61,695 nt of DNA, filler included, from Choristocarpus tenellus KU-1152 (GCA_964200185.2; 13 parts of 13 records of this genome joined end to end with filler, not necessarily neighbours in it); one strand, 5' to 3'; shown: positions 1-12,937, counted from the whole stretch's first letter. A program made the numbers and translations. The notes: generated from the sequence alone by a model not told the origin.

Positions 1-78
1 TCATTAGAAACCCGTGGGAAGCCAAGCCCCAAATGGACAAACAGGGGAAAACTCGTACCCTCTAAGATACTTTCACTC
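1..78 (+). mobile_element. MITE family A, right-end fragment
   Basis: GGGAAGCCAAGCCCCAAATGGAC...TACCCTCTAAGATACTTTCACTC matches the right ends of the full copies at 38155-38419 and 51600-51860. Confidence 0.85.
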
Positions 79-350
79 TGGAGGACAAGAAAAATGAGGT
101 TTTATGTTTAGATTGGCTGGCTTTGGGTGAGTGCATGCATGCTGAATTAGGGATTTTTTTACTCTAGTTTGGTGAATGTTTTTGTTTGTTTGTTGCAGTT
201 GTATACTGTGAAAGTGTGAGCAAGCTGTGTACCTTTTTTGTGTTTTCTATCTTAGTACCCTATGTCTATAACCCAAATTGAGATTACTTTTGTACATATC
301 GAATGATGGATTGATCGATCTTCAACTTTAAAATATATATATATATATAG

Positions 351-3300
351 GTTCCAGTCGCAGAGGCAACAGTGGGTTTGTTGGAGATAATGGCTTCCTG
401 GCAGGCATTGCCGCCACCCTATCTCCCAGGTCTGGTGGTGGTGGGAACAGACCCCAGAGTGCTGGGGGGAGACTATCATCTATGGGGGGTGATATTCCTA
501 TCATTAGTCACACACAAATGGTGGCATCTCTGAGGGCTGCCGGGAATTCTCCTTTGCCTGGTGGAGGGAGTTGTGGGCTGGTAAGTGTGCAATGGGCAAG
601 GATTAAGAGTAGAGTTGTGGTGATGATAAGAAGATTCATTCTTTAATGGGGGGGGGGGGGGGGCTTAGTTGAAGATGATGGTGACATTGAGTTTTTTTGT
701 AAATACTTGGTTTATATCTAGAAAAAAAGTAGTATCAATCATAGTGCTAATCTCAAGAAATAAGTTTTTTAGAAATGAAGGTATTGAGATAGCATTTGTT
801 GACGTGAGTTGAGATTGTAATAAAATAGTCTTGAAAGTCATGATAAGAGGCTCTTGTCTCTATTGGGTTCACTTCAATATTAAAGGACAGCCCTAGTCCT
901 AACTTAATAATATTGAACAGGAAAAGATCAATCAAATGATCAAGCCAACTCTAATCCTAGCAATATACTGGATGTGAAAGCAGTCTACAAATGAGTAAAA
1001 TCTGTCAGGCCCCTTCTTCAGCTACAAAGTAGTTTCTTCAAGCTTCAGGGGTATGCAACACGATATTCATCACTTTCATCCTGTCAGATGCTGACACAAT
1101 CTGCCTCAGGCATGGTGTGACAACCCCTTCCTGGTATTTGTAACCCCCCCTGCTTCTCTACGGGCCACTACATAATGTGTTGCTAATTACAGCATTTACT
1201 TCTATCTAGACGTGTACTTGTTTATGTACTATATGTGCTTTTATTTTCATGTACTAAAACAAATAAATAAATTTAATTAATCAAGTCAACTGTGTGTTTG
1301 AATGTGCTTGTTTTGTGTGTTGTGTTATTCTAAAGGGGCCATCAAAGACAAAGAGAGCTCGAGCTGGATCTTCTCCTTACAGATCTCGGTCTCGTGATTC
1401 AAGTGGTACAAGAGTATCCCCTACTAAGGGCGGGTCATCCACTTCCACAAACAGTCCCTCCACCTGTCAGAAGGGATTTGCGTTCAGCTTTGATAAGGCA
1501 TCATCGGAGCATGAGATTGGGATGATCATGGGTCAGAGGTCGGTGGAGTTGAGAAAGAGATCTGAGCAGGGGAGGGGGGTGGAGTGGGAGGAGTTGCCAT
1601 TGCACTTTCTTTGCCTATGAAATATGCTGTGTGTATACTTGGAAGTACAAATCTTGCTAGATATTACCCTGGGATAGATGTAGTACAGGGTTGCTTTTGT
1701 GCGGGAGATGTTTGGGTGGGGGGGGGCGGGGGGGACTTGTGGTGTAATTAGTGTTTTAAATGTAAATATATTGTATCGTATTACTAATGATGATATTAAA
1801 TTACCAAGGCACTATGAAGTTAAATGCGATACTGATGCAAATCCTATTCCTATTTCTATTCCAGGCCTTCCAGCATTCGATGTACATCACTGAGAATGTC
1901 CTCAGGTTTGCTACAGGCCCATCTACAGACCCTCACAGAGGGAAGTGGGGAAATGAAGGCATCCACGTCAACATCAGCAACTCCAACACAGACCGCGTTT
2001 ACGGCACTTTCACCAGGGCGGTTTCTGCCACTGCCTGTGCAAGGAACCGGAAAGCGGGCGTCATCTCTCCCCATTGAGACAACAATAGACAAGAAGGAGA
2101 AGGACCTTGGACTCAGGGGTGGTCTAGTTCGGGGTAGGTCGTTGTCGCCTCAAAGAAAGCCAATGAAGAGATCATCTGCAGTAAGTGGACTCCCTTCAAC
2201 ACTTCCGGTTGAGAGGATTATGACTGGTTGTGTTGGTGAGAATGGAGACAAGATTCCGAAAGGGAGTCAAAGAGTCGAAAAGATTTTTTCTCCGACGTGG
2301 TTTAATCGACGTCAGATGGGAATTGGTAGTGTAGAGAGAAGTACACCCCTGGAGGTGTCATTTCCGTTGCCTAGTAATAGATTGGGTAGTGGTGGAGTGG
2401 CAGTGTCAACTCTGCCTGTAGAGGAAGTAGAATTAGGTGCTGCACCAGAGGTGACTCCAGAAGGAGAGGATGAACAGGCTGCTGCTGCTGCTGCTGCTCC
2501 ACTAGAGGTGTCTCTAAGTGTGGAAACGGCAGCTGCAGGGCCGTTGGTAAGGGCTGAGGGAGGGGAATTGGGGAAGGAAGTGATTCCTGCTGCTGAAAGG
2601 AAGGTTGAAGATGGTTTGGTGATGTCATCGACAGGTGCATCAGTGATGCCAGCATTGAAGTCGTCTGGTATGCCTTCTTTGGAAGTGGAGGATGTTGAGA
2701 GGGAAGGGGATTGGGGGGAGGAAGTCAAGGGAGAAGTGAGATTAGCACCACCAACAGAGCATTTTGAGGAAGATGCCTCTGCTAGTGTTGGGAAAACCTT
2801 GGGGTTGACTCCTGTGAAGATGGAGGGAACAGGCGATGGAGTGGACGGCCAACAAATGCTGTTGGAACTGGGGAACGGATTGGAGAGGGGGGAGGGGGGA
2901 GGGGTGGTGGTGCAGGAGAGAGATGGCGATGTGATCGGGATGAAGGGTGTAACTGATGACAGTTTTGTGGATGGACAGAAACCTGAACAGAAGGGAGGGT
3001 TATTGGTCAGTGTGGGGAAAGGGGAGTTGGGGAGTGGTGAAGGTGAAGTTAGTCCCGCTCTGGGAAAGATATCAGTGGAGGAAGGGACAAGCACCTCCGG
3101 GGGGGGCAGCATAGGCACAAGTGAGATGTCCTTTGGGCCATCGCCTGGTGTGGTATTAGATTCTGTCGATCTTGATATGCCACCTCTTTTATTAGAACTT
3201 GGAGGAAGGGAGGGTAAGAGAGGAGAAAATAAGGAAGTCTTTGTTGATGGCAGTGATGATGGTGGTGAAGTGGATGATACTGGAGAGGGAGGGAACTTCT

Positions 3301-3425
3301 GGACAAGTGTTTTTGGTGGGTGGTTGGGTGGAGGGGGAGGCAAGAAGAAGAATAGTGATGAGGGGGAGGGGGGGGGGGGACTGGTAGGTTTGAGGTTCAA
3401 TGGGAATATTGAGGAGACGGAATGA
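351..3425 (+). CDS. 3' part of a spliced gene encoding a Ser/Gly/Glu-rich, probably disordered protein of unknown function (exons 351-580, 1336-1538, 1865-3425)
   Basis: AG|GTTCC at 351 and CTG|GTAAGT at 580 (phase 0). AAAG|GGG at 1336 and AG|GTCGGT at 1538 (phase 2). CCAG|G at 1865 puts the reading frame in register with the 509-aa ORF ending TGA at 3425. All phases agree. No recognisable domain. Confidence 0.7.
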
Positions 3426-6400
3426 GCTGTTTCATTTCTTTGACGTCTTGTAAAGTAGGAAGTATGGCATGTCGTGTCATCACATATATAGGACCCTCCC
3501 CACTATTTTAACCCTCCTTGTGGTGCTACTCTCTCCCTGGTACGGTGTGCCCATTATTGGGTGTTTTTTCCCGTGACATTCAAAGCATTATGGTGTGGTT
3601 GGTTGAACAGAGGCGATGTGGAGAGGAAATGATAGTATTGACTAGGTAGAGTGCTTTGTTTTTCTTTTGGGAAAACATGGATTTATTTCTATGTAGCACC
3701 ACTACCTCTTCTGTATTAGCAAGAACCGTGCCTGCCTGCCTGTGTATTCTCTTCTTTTGTCATTGAAGAACAGTGTATTGATAGTGTAGTTTTAGTGAGA
3801 TTTCGGGGGGGGGGAAGGGCAGTTTAATTTTTTTCTCGTTGTGAATGTGCTGTATTAAGGGTGTATTTATATGACTGCATGTCTTTGGGTGACGGTGTGG
3901 CTTTCGTGTGTGGGAGGGGGAGAGAGAGAGAGAGCAATCTTTGATTTCTGATTAATAGGCCTTGCTCTTAGATTCCTTGTTTTTGCTTACGAATTACGTA
4001 CAGCAAAGTGGGGGTGGGAGTGGGGTAGTTGGCGGATCTGTCAATTGGAGGAAATAAGATATATTTCTTTTTTCTTGTTATTTGAAAATGAGTAGTGGTG
4101 ACTAATATTGCAGTGGTACAATGACCATTGGTGGTGTAAGGAACTTCCTATTTCTAGTAATTGTGTTACTTCTGCTCTGTCAACTCACTTACCAACCCCT
4201 TCAATCATCTCACTGAGGAGGCAGGGAAGAGATGAAGAGATGTACTTGTGTGTATGTGTGTAATCAAGGCATGGTGGATGAAATCTTGTTGTAACTATAC
4301 AAGTGTGTAGCACAGGTTGTGGAGTTGCATGAAGTTAGGCAGTATCAGATCTTAACATCACAATCTACGGGATGTTTTGAACAACAGTCGGAAGAGATCT
4401 GAGATGAGATCTATTTTTGAACCTACACAACCCTACCACATAGTAGGGGGTTTTGTCACATCACCCTACACCGTGCGATATTTTGTCACTGGCAATAATT
4501 TGATTTTGTTTGTTTGGTTTGGTTTGGTGACTTAGTATTTTCACGCTTTTCGTAATCGTTCACTCACTTTATTTTCACAGGGGGAAAAAAATGCTTGTTG
4601 TTTTTTATTTGTTTGCGTTTTGTCTTTTTTATCTTTAACAGAGGAAGATGATGGGTGGATTCATTCCATTTTGCTTTGAAATTTTCCATGTGTGGAATGT
4701 GCGCATGTCACATAAGGTCTTTTTTTGTTGTGGATATTGTGAACACAATGGTTTTGGTAAGAAATGTAATCTTTAGTATTATTGCATACATGATGCATGT
4801 ATGCATGTCTTATATTCGTGAATGCACTCATTGATCTTTTTGCTTTTGATAATTCCAGTACGAGAAAATAAAATAAAAAGTGTTCCATTCGTTCAAGAAT
4901 CTATATTTGAAGGAGCCAAATCAATTGAGCATTGGGCAGAGTGCATTTCAAGGATGCCAAGAAAGACCAAAATACACCATTTTGTACAATTACAGAAAGA
5001 GCCTTGCTAAATTGTGGCATCGTTTTGTGTATGGAAAGGGTGATTATCGATCTTGTGTACACTATTGTGGAAAGAACGCAATGAAGTAAAGCACGTTGCA
5101 GGGGTAAGAATGATGGCTTGCAGTGCTAAAAGGGTTCAGACTTGGCCAGGTCTAAATTCTTTTTTCCCAAGAAATATGTTAAGGATGAGCTCCTGTGCAT
5201 TGATAGAACTCTATTAACGTTCAACAATCAATACATACTCATTGGTCATTTTCTTACACGTAGTGTGCATGTGTATGTTTTGCTTAAATATATCTTATGA
5301 AGAGTGTTTGCCTTAACATTTCGAACACCATAGGAGAAACAACTCTTCGTCCTTGTGTTTTGACCACCTCTTTTTAGTTCTGATTGACTACTGATACTAC
5401 AAATACAATCATTTGAAAGCTTTCTGGTCCTATATAATCATCTATCCTAAAGAATCATTGGATTCTAAACAATAGAAAAATAACTGTAATAGATGCTTCT
5501 ACCTGTGTACGACCAACTCCTGCTATTTTGTACTTCCAGGTATCGCTACCTTGTCATTGTCCGATTATAATCACAATGCAACACTATGGCCTACTCCACA
5601 AGAGTCTCCCTACCACCTTACTCGCTTCAGTACAAGGAAAAATGCCACTTTCTTTTCTTCATAACCCTGGTATCATACAGTATTATGATACATCAGCAGA
5701 AGAGGGAGCCCAACCGCACTGCATGTTATTAGGAAAGCCATTACCAAGAGCAACAAAAGCGGTAACAAAAAATATTGCTCATCCCCCCTATCTTCAAGGT
5801 CCAGCACAGTCAAAAGCATCAAAATGCTTCTTGTACAAATATAACAAATACATGCCTGCTTCTCAAGTCTTCCAGGTCAAATGTAGTCTCCCTTCTGTCG
5901 TACTATCAGTAATACAGTACAGGCTTCATCAGCCTGAACATCCACTGTCTACGGAACTTACGAACTTTGACTGCAAATGCATCGTACCAGCGTGGAGTGT
6001 AGAGAAGGTCGTCCAATTGATGTGTATTTATTAAACGGGTACTGCAAGTGGACAAGAATTTCAACCATGACCCAACTCGACATGACATGCACGTGTGTAG
6101 GCCATTCCATTACGCATTGTAACTAAAACCTAACTCTAACCAAAACCCTAGCCCTAGAGGTTTACCCACTATGGTTGAACAAGCTCTCAATATGACCCAA
6201 CTTGCAACCTATCAACGTTGATCTGATCCATCACACATATTTGGTGCTTGCATAAGGTGGATATAGCAGGAGAACACTTTCCTATGACATTCTATCCCCT
6301 TGACCACAGCTGCCACTCCACTCATAGAATTATGTTGTACAGGGCTAGGGCAGGAAGGAGAGAGGGAAACGGGAGTGGGGGTACTATTACTATCCCTCTT

Positions 6401-6839
6401 GATACACATCGCAGGCTTCATTTTTGCATAACGATTTCCTGGCACAAGCCCAATGTTGCACTTGCTTGCTCAAATTCAAGTGGTTCGGTGAGAGCCAACA
6501 CCAAGGACAAAAGATACCTCCAACTATATTCGAGTAGGTGTTGGATCTCATCTGGATATCTCGAGCAAAGTCGACGAGGTGTCCACCCAATTTAGCATTC
6601 ACCTTTCCACAACTAGGGATATTTAAGAAGACTTTTAAGCGATAAAATGTATGGATAGGACCTCAGCAGACACTTTCCCGTAGAAAAACACAATTCTTCG
6701 ACGTTTTCCACGGACATCATGTCTCAACCTTGCAACAAAGCAGTCGGTCTTGCATAGGAAAAGGCGATAGTCAGTTGGCTGTTAAACTTTTAAGCGTAAA
6801 GCACGAAGCATCTGGGGAGTGAGCGAAGGTCGTTCTAGA

Positions 6840-7532
6840 TCACCGCCTCTCCCCTCTCATCACGGCAGATTCCCTTCTGAGTTCCTTGACCACCGCAGCC
6901 AAGGCCTCTGGGTTCACTCCAGTCTCGATTAGCTCCACGAGAATCCTCAACGTTTTGCGATCCAGTCCAGTGTTGAGTATGGACGATATCTCGTGGAGAA
7001 CTAAGTGTGCAGCAGTAGGAAAGGGAAACATAGGTCATTGATATGATATCTACAAAATGATCAAGAGCAGGACCTCAGGAGGGTACCGAAGCAATTGGTC
7101 GGTTCGAGTGGATAATTGTACACCTGACATACTCCAAAGCTATCGTGCCAGGGGTGCAGGTATTCCTCCTGAATTGTTAGGGGTCTTACCATTCCGATAA
7201 TCAAGAAAAAAAACTCACTACAGGACACACACCCTCATTCATGGAATGAACATGGTCGGTATGAGACCCTGGTCAGACAGCAGCGAAACTCATCTAAGAC
7301 AATCCTCAAACAAACTTTGCTTGTTGTGATCACCAAGGAAATGGATACCAATAATATCGACCAATGCACCGAGATACTCTGCGCCCAAGTCTCGACAAGG
7401 GCCCCACATAGTACAATCTCAATCAGGGACAATCTTTCATTTCAAATAACAAGCCGATTCAAAGAAGGGCATCAATTTTCTGTTCTTCCTCTCACCATCG
7501 ATGGACTCCTGCCTGTCCACCCCATCCGCCAT
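6840..7532 (-). CDS. MZT1: Mitotic-spindle organizing protein 1 (MOZART1/GIP), complete, 65 aa, exons 7532-7496 and 7000-6840
   Basis: The spliced product [65 protein letters not shown] carries the MOZART1 signature LNTGLD...[15 protein letters not shown]. The 495-bp intron is phase 1 (G|GTGAG...TTAG|TT). Confidence 0.95.
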
Positions 7533-7730
7533 GCTCCTCTCTATCCCTATTGCAAGCCTGCGCTTTTCTCTCGCCCTCTCAGAGTCCCAAACTAGGGTTG
7601 TCCTGTGTGTCAAAATATTGTGATCGAGATTTTTTAAATGTTGGGTCAAACAATTTCGATTGATTCGTTTATAGAGAAGGTGAGATGCGCACACTTATTG
7701 AACAAATTAAGAGATATTGAAGATATTTTT

Positions 7731-7959
7731 ATTATTATGCCTTGTCACATTTTGGAGATGTGTCAGGGAAAAAAACAATGAAAACCTTTCAAATGTCAGA
7801 ACAACCTCTAATTTAAAAAGTTGCTATAAATAATGTGAAACAAACACATTTTTCTAATATCTATTTCCTATTTTGCTACCAATTATACTTCACATCTTCC
7901 CTCCTCTACCTCCAACCTAGCCTAGTCCTGCACCCCTAACCCAGGGTGAGGAGCTAGGG
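7731..7959 (-). mobile_element. 3' end (UTR/tail) of the CRE-like RLE non-LTR retrotransposon
   Basis: The reverse complement matches 30705-30925 (CCCTAGCTCCTCACCCTGGG...GTGCAGGACTAG...TTCTGACAT...GGCATAATAAT). Confidence 0.75.
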
Positions 7960-7961
7960 CA

Positions 7962-8770
7962 GATATTGCGGAAAGCAGGTTTGTCTTTTATTATACCGTT
8001 ATTGCCGGGTGTAATATACCATTATACCGATTAAAGTTCGTTGTCAAGAATCCCTGATTCCAATGGAGGATCTTCCGTGAGAATGAATCCATGGAATCTC
8101 TTCAAGAAGAGACCAGTTCCACAGATAGAGGCTACACCAGAAAATGGACTGTTAAATCCCGTCTACGACAGACAGTTTCTGTCACAACGCAAGTAACCCT
8201 ATCTAGACGTGCCATGCGTTTTAAGGTGGAGACACCAGGGAGATGTGCAAGGAGGGGCTTGTTAGATTCTTGGGATGTTTCCCTAGGCCCTCACCCTGGG
8301 GTGCAGGACTAAGCTAGGTTGAAGGCACCGAAAGGCAGTGGTGCAGCATAGCTGGTAGTAAAATAGTAAATAGATTATAGAAAATTGTCTTTCACATTTA
8401 CGACAACTGTTACTTTTTTAGGGGGTTTTCTGACATGTGAATAGTTTTCATTGATTTTCCCCCTGATACATCTGCAAAATGTCAGAGGGCATAATTAATA
8501 TAATATAGGACTGCTCTTCATTCAGTGTTCTCAAACATTAAAGATTCACTTCATTTCCACTTCTTGGCATTTCTGATTATCCTCTCTCACAAGACTCTCG
8601 TCACTCCACATTTTCCTGCAAGTCCTTGCAGTCTAGCACTTGTCCAACCTTAACCTCATCCTCTCAGTTAACGATTCGTCTTGGTCCGTCTGGTCAGTCT
8701 TGCCCAGTGATTCTCTTCACCACCCTTGCCTGAGTGAACCATGCCGCCACAGAATCACATGATTCATAAT
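7962..8770 (+). repeat. Interspersed repeat X, interrupted by a LINE 3' fragment at ~8126-8505
   Basis: 7962-8125 and 8506-8770 are collinear with the reverse complement of ~29345-29775 (TTATTATACCGTTATTGCCG; CCATGGAATCTCTTCA; CTCGTCACTCC; GAGTGAACCA.GCCGCCACAGAATCACA). Confidence 0.8.
8126..8505 (+). mobile_element. 5'-truncated CRE-like RLE-LINE 3' fragment
   Basis: Encodes SRLRQTVSVTTQVTLSRRAMRFKVE, near-identical to 30580-30660. It has the same 3' UTR and ends GAGGGCATAATTAATA. Confidence 0.85.
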
Positions 8771-8971
8771 ATGAAAGTTCAAAACTTCGAACATCCATTG
8801 ACGAGTTCACAAGGGGCCTTACATAGCCAGTTCCTGGAAACCATTCCTCCAAGTTCCTTCTGGTATCTTGGGGGGGGGGGGGGGGGGGGGGGCTTGGGAA
8901 AAAAAGAAGTTGGGGTGGGGGGGGGGGGGGGGGGGCCGCCCCCCAGGGTGGTAATTTTGGAGCGGGGGGGG

Positions 8972-9071
8972 NNNNNNNNNNNNNNNNNNNNNNNNNNNNN
9001 NNNNNNNNNNNNNNNTTAATTAATTAANNNNNNNNNNNNNNNNNNNNNNNNNNNNNNNNNNNNNNNNNNNN
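8972..9071. other. Artificial contig-joining spacer (N44-TTAATTAATTAA-N44), first of 12
   Basis: Identical 100-bp spacers with a six-frame stop linker occur at 8972-9071, 11902-12001, 16098-16197, 19298-19397, 22517-22616, 28286-28385, 32257-32356, 37685-37784, 44111-44210, 50699-50798, 54770-54869 and 58117-58216. There is also a 10-N gap at 59189-59198. Confidence 0.98.
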
Positions 9072-9947
9072 CCCCCCCCCTCCCCAGATACTTTGAGTCA
9101 ATAATATTAAAAAACTATGGCGAAGGGTAGCTTTCAGTTATATGGGCATCTCAAACGACAACAACAACTTCACAGTCCATGCCAAGATCACTACTTCAGT
9201 AACAAGCATTTGCTTCAAAATAATGCTGATAGCAAAAATTAGAACAATACATAATACATAAGTAAGATTATGGGATTACACAGGGGACATGTATATGAAA
9301 GTATCATTGTTTGCATCAATGACATGGCCTGCTATATATTGCGGACCGAATGTAAATAGGATGGGAGTGTTTGCCCCTCAGCATCTCCTATCTCCTCGGC
9401 TGTATCACTGTCAAATATATTTATGTTTTTTGGCAGGGGGGCTGACCAAAATTGCAACCAAAAACATTCAGGCCAGGAACAGGCAAAGCTGGTGGTTTGA
9501 ACAGGGTTTGGTGGAAGAGACCAGTAAGGAGATTGAGTTGGAGTACAGAGACACCCAATGATGGTATATGAAGGAGGACAAAATCACACAAAAAATGATA
9601 CTGCATTCAGGAAGGGTAAGAAGACCCAGGCCTGCAACATGGAAGGCTCAAAATCATGGAGAATGACAAAGATGCACTGTGCAGCTGTCGATGGAACAAT
9701 GAACAAATGTCAGTGGGGCCACTGATCCAGAAATGTAAATCAAAATGAAATTTTGATTGTTTTCGTTGTATTTTTTACGCATTGCATGAATCTCGTGCCA
9801 ACTTTGCCTGCTTCAAAAGAACACCCTACTCTCCTCCCTCTGCTAATTCACTCAGATCACACAAAACAGTCGTTGATTCACAAGTTGGCTGTCTACTATA
9901 TTGTAAATGAATGTCTCAGGGATCTAAAAATAGCAGCGAAATAATAC

Positions 9948-11437
9948 CAGGAGCTCAATGATGAAGTGGCAGGCGCCGGATGAAAACAGACCCGAAACAG
10001 CAGTGTTCAAGATAGGTCGAAGCAAGTTTACATAGCCATCCATTTCAGACTGGTACATGCTTTCCTCCTCCCTGTACCGGTTTCCCTTCTCACTGGAGCC
10101 AAGTTTGCCTCGCTCGCTCTCCATTCCTGGCTTTGGTCTTCCACTGTTGCTGGCACTATCCCGCCCTTCGCCTTTCCTCGTCACCTCCCCTGAGTCTTTC
10201 CACTTATCAGCTTCATACTGCCCACCACTACCATTCATTCTAGTCGACACCCCTTTACTCAACTTTGAATCTCCCCAATCCTCTACCGAGTTGATGCTAT
10301 GCCCCTGTTTTCGCACATGTGGCATGCACCCATTCCTCCCCTCAGGCTCAACACACTTAGCGCTCTTCAGCAAGTGAGGGGTAATGACACTGTCCAGCCA
10401 CCTTGACCGAACATGGAGTAGGGCGTCAGACATGGCGAGCATCTGAGCACCGCTTTCAAACACCCGCCAGGGATGTGGTAAAAGAACAGCAAGGGCATTG
10501 AAGAGTTGCCATGTTGGATTGTACACCATGGGAGAAACACGGGGCATTCGTTGAGGTGATGAGAAATGTGCCGATATACATCGTTTGAAATGCAAGATTA
10601 AAATATATTTGCAGTAAATCTGCTTACTCTTACTCGTTCTTGAGAGTCAAATCATCCCCGTTCCCTGCCTACATGATGTTGCTTTTCCGACAACGAGTGT
10701 ACATACATACAGGTAAAGGCCCTGATATTTCCGTATATTCACCTGTTCTTCGTGATTCTGCAGGCCTCATTCAATCCCGCAGCCAGCATCAACACTAGAG
10801 AGGTGGCACCATCACCATGTGCTGCAGGATGTCGAATGGGTCATTTCAGTTTCATCGTACAAGTGAGAAATCGAAATTGTATGCTGGGAGAATAGTGCAA
10901 GTTTGTCCTTGATTTCAGCAAAAGGATTGTTGGGAGGAAGTACATGAGATGGGCTGTTTGAGATGCCTTCCCCCACAAAGACGACAACCCTTCTCGCCTT
11001 GCTCATGTGCCTCCACCCAGTCCATAAGCATGCTGACCACAGGATTACCATCTCTGGTAGAATTTGATTTGAGCATGTGCCGAAGGACGGAAATTCCGCT
11101 CCCAGTCATCACCACTTTCTTGAGTGTCCTGGTAGAGAGGGAAAATGATCAAATGGAGAAAACCACGAACCCCTGTTTACTTGCTGCTCAACATGCAATT
11201 TTCGAAATAACCGCAGGTCCATAACAATCCTTGACGCGATCGTATGTTCTTGCGGGTAGGATCCAAAGAATTTTTAGATCCTCAGCATTTTTCTCACCGT
11301 GTTACCAACAGGTGCTGTCCACATAAAGGTCCGAAACAGGGTCGTAGAGTACAGGCAAGATACCATAGATCTTCGAAAGCGGCACTGGTGGTGGAGAATG
11401 GACGAGGCTTGTAGCCATTGGTGTGTCGATCAAACAT
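9948..11437 (-). CDS. BBS10: Chaperonin-like Bardet-Biedl protein, BBS10-like, 5' part (exons 11437-11298, 11128-10998, 10821-10743, 10452-9948)
   Basis: The spliced product reads MFDRH...LRPCFGPLCGQHLLVTRTLKKVVMTGSGISVLRHM...HEQAHGDGATSLVLML...MSDALLHVRSRWLDSVITPHL...ILNTAVSGLFSSGACHFIIELL. It has the group II chaperonin GP and GDG motifs, with GDGA as in BBS10. There is an in-frame TAA upstream of the ATG and all intron phases agree. Intron 2 is GC-AG. MKKS/BBS12 is not excluded. Confidence 0.72.
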
Positions 11438-12099
11438 TGGTTAAATGTCTCCTGAACAATCGTGTTGGTCCTGCAGCGAGCGTCTAAGTTGTTTGTTCAC
11501 ACCCACAACAAACTTCCTACGTCCCAAGATGCAACATATACCGCATTTGTGAACCACGATAGTTCAATCGACTTCAGTTCAGTAAGTTGAGAAGAGGGTA
11601 TCCTAGTAGTTGTTGAATGCATGGATATGGATCCAAGTCCCACACACACACACAGACACACACGAATTAAAATCGTACTTTTTTCATTGGTACAAAATCT
11701 TTTATTATTTATTATTGTTACATACTAATTTATTGTCAATATCATTACATTCCTACTCTAACGCCTAACGAATCCTAGACCCACCCTTGAAAGTCGACCA
11801 ACTCACTTGAAGTCCGAACCGCATAAAACAGGGATTTCTCAAAATTGAGGATGGTGCAGGACTATGAGGATGGTTGTTTTGCGAAAACGGTCTTAAAAAA
11901 GNNNNNNNNNNNNNNNNNNNNNNNNNNNNNNNNNNNNNNNNNNNNTTAATTAATTAANNNNNNNNNNNNNNNNNNNNNNNNNNNNNNNNNNNNNNNNNNN
12001 NAGTTCAGTCCGGTGATTGTGATTGCCCCCTTGAGCAAAAAAGAACTTGGCACCTTTGACACTTTCACACATGCACTATTCACCACAAAACCATAAATA

Positions 12100-12620
12100 C
12101 TACTTTTAAATTGTAAACCCTTAACTGGAAAGAATTGCCCACCTTCACTCCACACAACATTAATACCCCCATTTATCTTCCGCTTACAAGGCATACGTTC
12201 CCCACCAGGAACTAACTGCAGATCCTCATAATTTCGTAAAAGCAGGAAGAACCGATTACAGGTTGTCCTACAAAGACAGAGATGTCATTGTGAAGACTGA
12301 ATGTGTGAAAGATCGAGGGGATAACTAACTGTGCAATTAGACCGGAAACTACTATTCGCAGCAGGGTCAGTTGCACGCATTTGGGATGGACAACTCCCAA
12401 AAAATATTTTGGAGAAACTTGCAGTTATATATATACAACAGAAGGGATGTGGACAAAATAATACCCGATCGGTGTGCCTGCATGACAACCTTGAGAAGTT
12501 CGGGGTGAGGGTTGAGGAATGGAGTACAAGGAAGGGCTACAAACTAACACAGATAAGTTGTATATTAGGGTGTGGTTGATGGTAGAAAGAGCTTCGTAGA
12601 GGAGTGACATTCTAAGGGTA
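12100..12620 (+). mobile_element. Degenerate RTE-clade LINE, C-terminal to the RT domain
   Basis: Broken frames read RTDYRLSYKD..IVKTEC and RKLLFAAGSVARIWDGQLPKNIL...CLHDNLEKFGV. These match the RTE motif R.L.FAG.VARM...RLPK..M. Confidence 0.6.
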
Positions 12621-12698
12621 TAACTGTGATAACTGATGTACGTCATGTTAAAAAGCAGTAGCTAAGGCACCCCGACCAAGCAGATAGGACACACACCT

Positions 12699-12937
12699 GA
12701 CCCAAAGCATTTAAGAGGGTAGGAGTTTTGCTCTGTTTGTCCGTTCGGGGCTTGGCTTCCTTTTTGTTTTCTCTGTGAACACAGTTACCTAAAATACATA
12801 CAACTATGAAAGGTGTGTTCGGAGCAAGGATATTTGACACTTGCTAACAAACACCATAGACGAAATTAGTCAAAATCGCAACATTGGATTTATGATCTCG
12901 AACGGACGCGGCCCTGCCCTCTTGAATGCTTTGGGTC
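12699..12937 (-). mobile_element. MITE family A, divergent subfamily copy
   Basis: TIRs are GACCCAAAGCATTTAAGAGGG and CCCTCTTGAATGCTTTGGGTC. The interior (GGGGCTTGGCTTCC, AAAGGTGTG, CAAGGATATT, CAAAATCGCAACATTG) is collinear with 34816-35073. It lacks the central hairpin. Confidence 0.75.

Noticed and set aside
2312-3400. 362-aa Pro/Ser-rich antisense ORF (likewise 38560-39051 and 16275-16655)
   Set aside because: These are shadow frames of G/A-rich low-complexity coding sequence on the opposite strand.
4780-5090. Possible Tc1/IS630-like transposase remnant (FAFDNSS; IEHWA)
   Set aside because: Only two short, broken motif matches and no TIR pair found; too weak to call.
6380-6620. Possible DEDDh exonuclease remnant on the minus strand (LNWVDT...)
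   Set aside because: A single weak motif across frameshifts.
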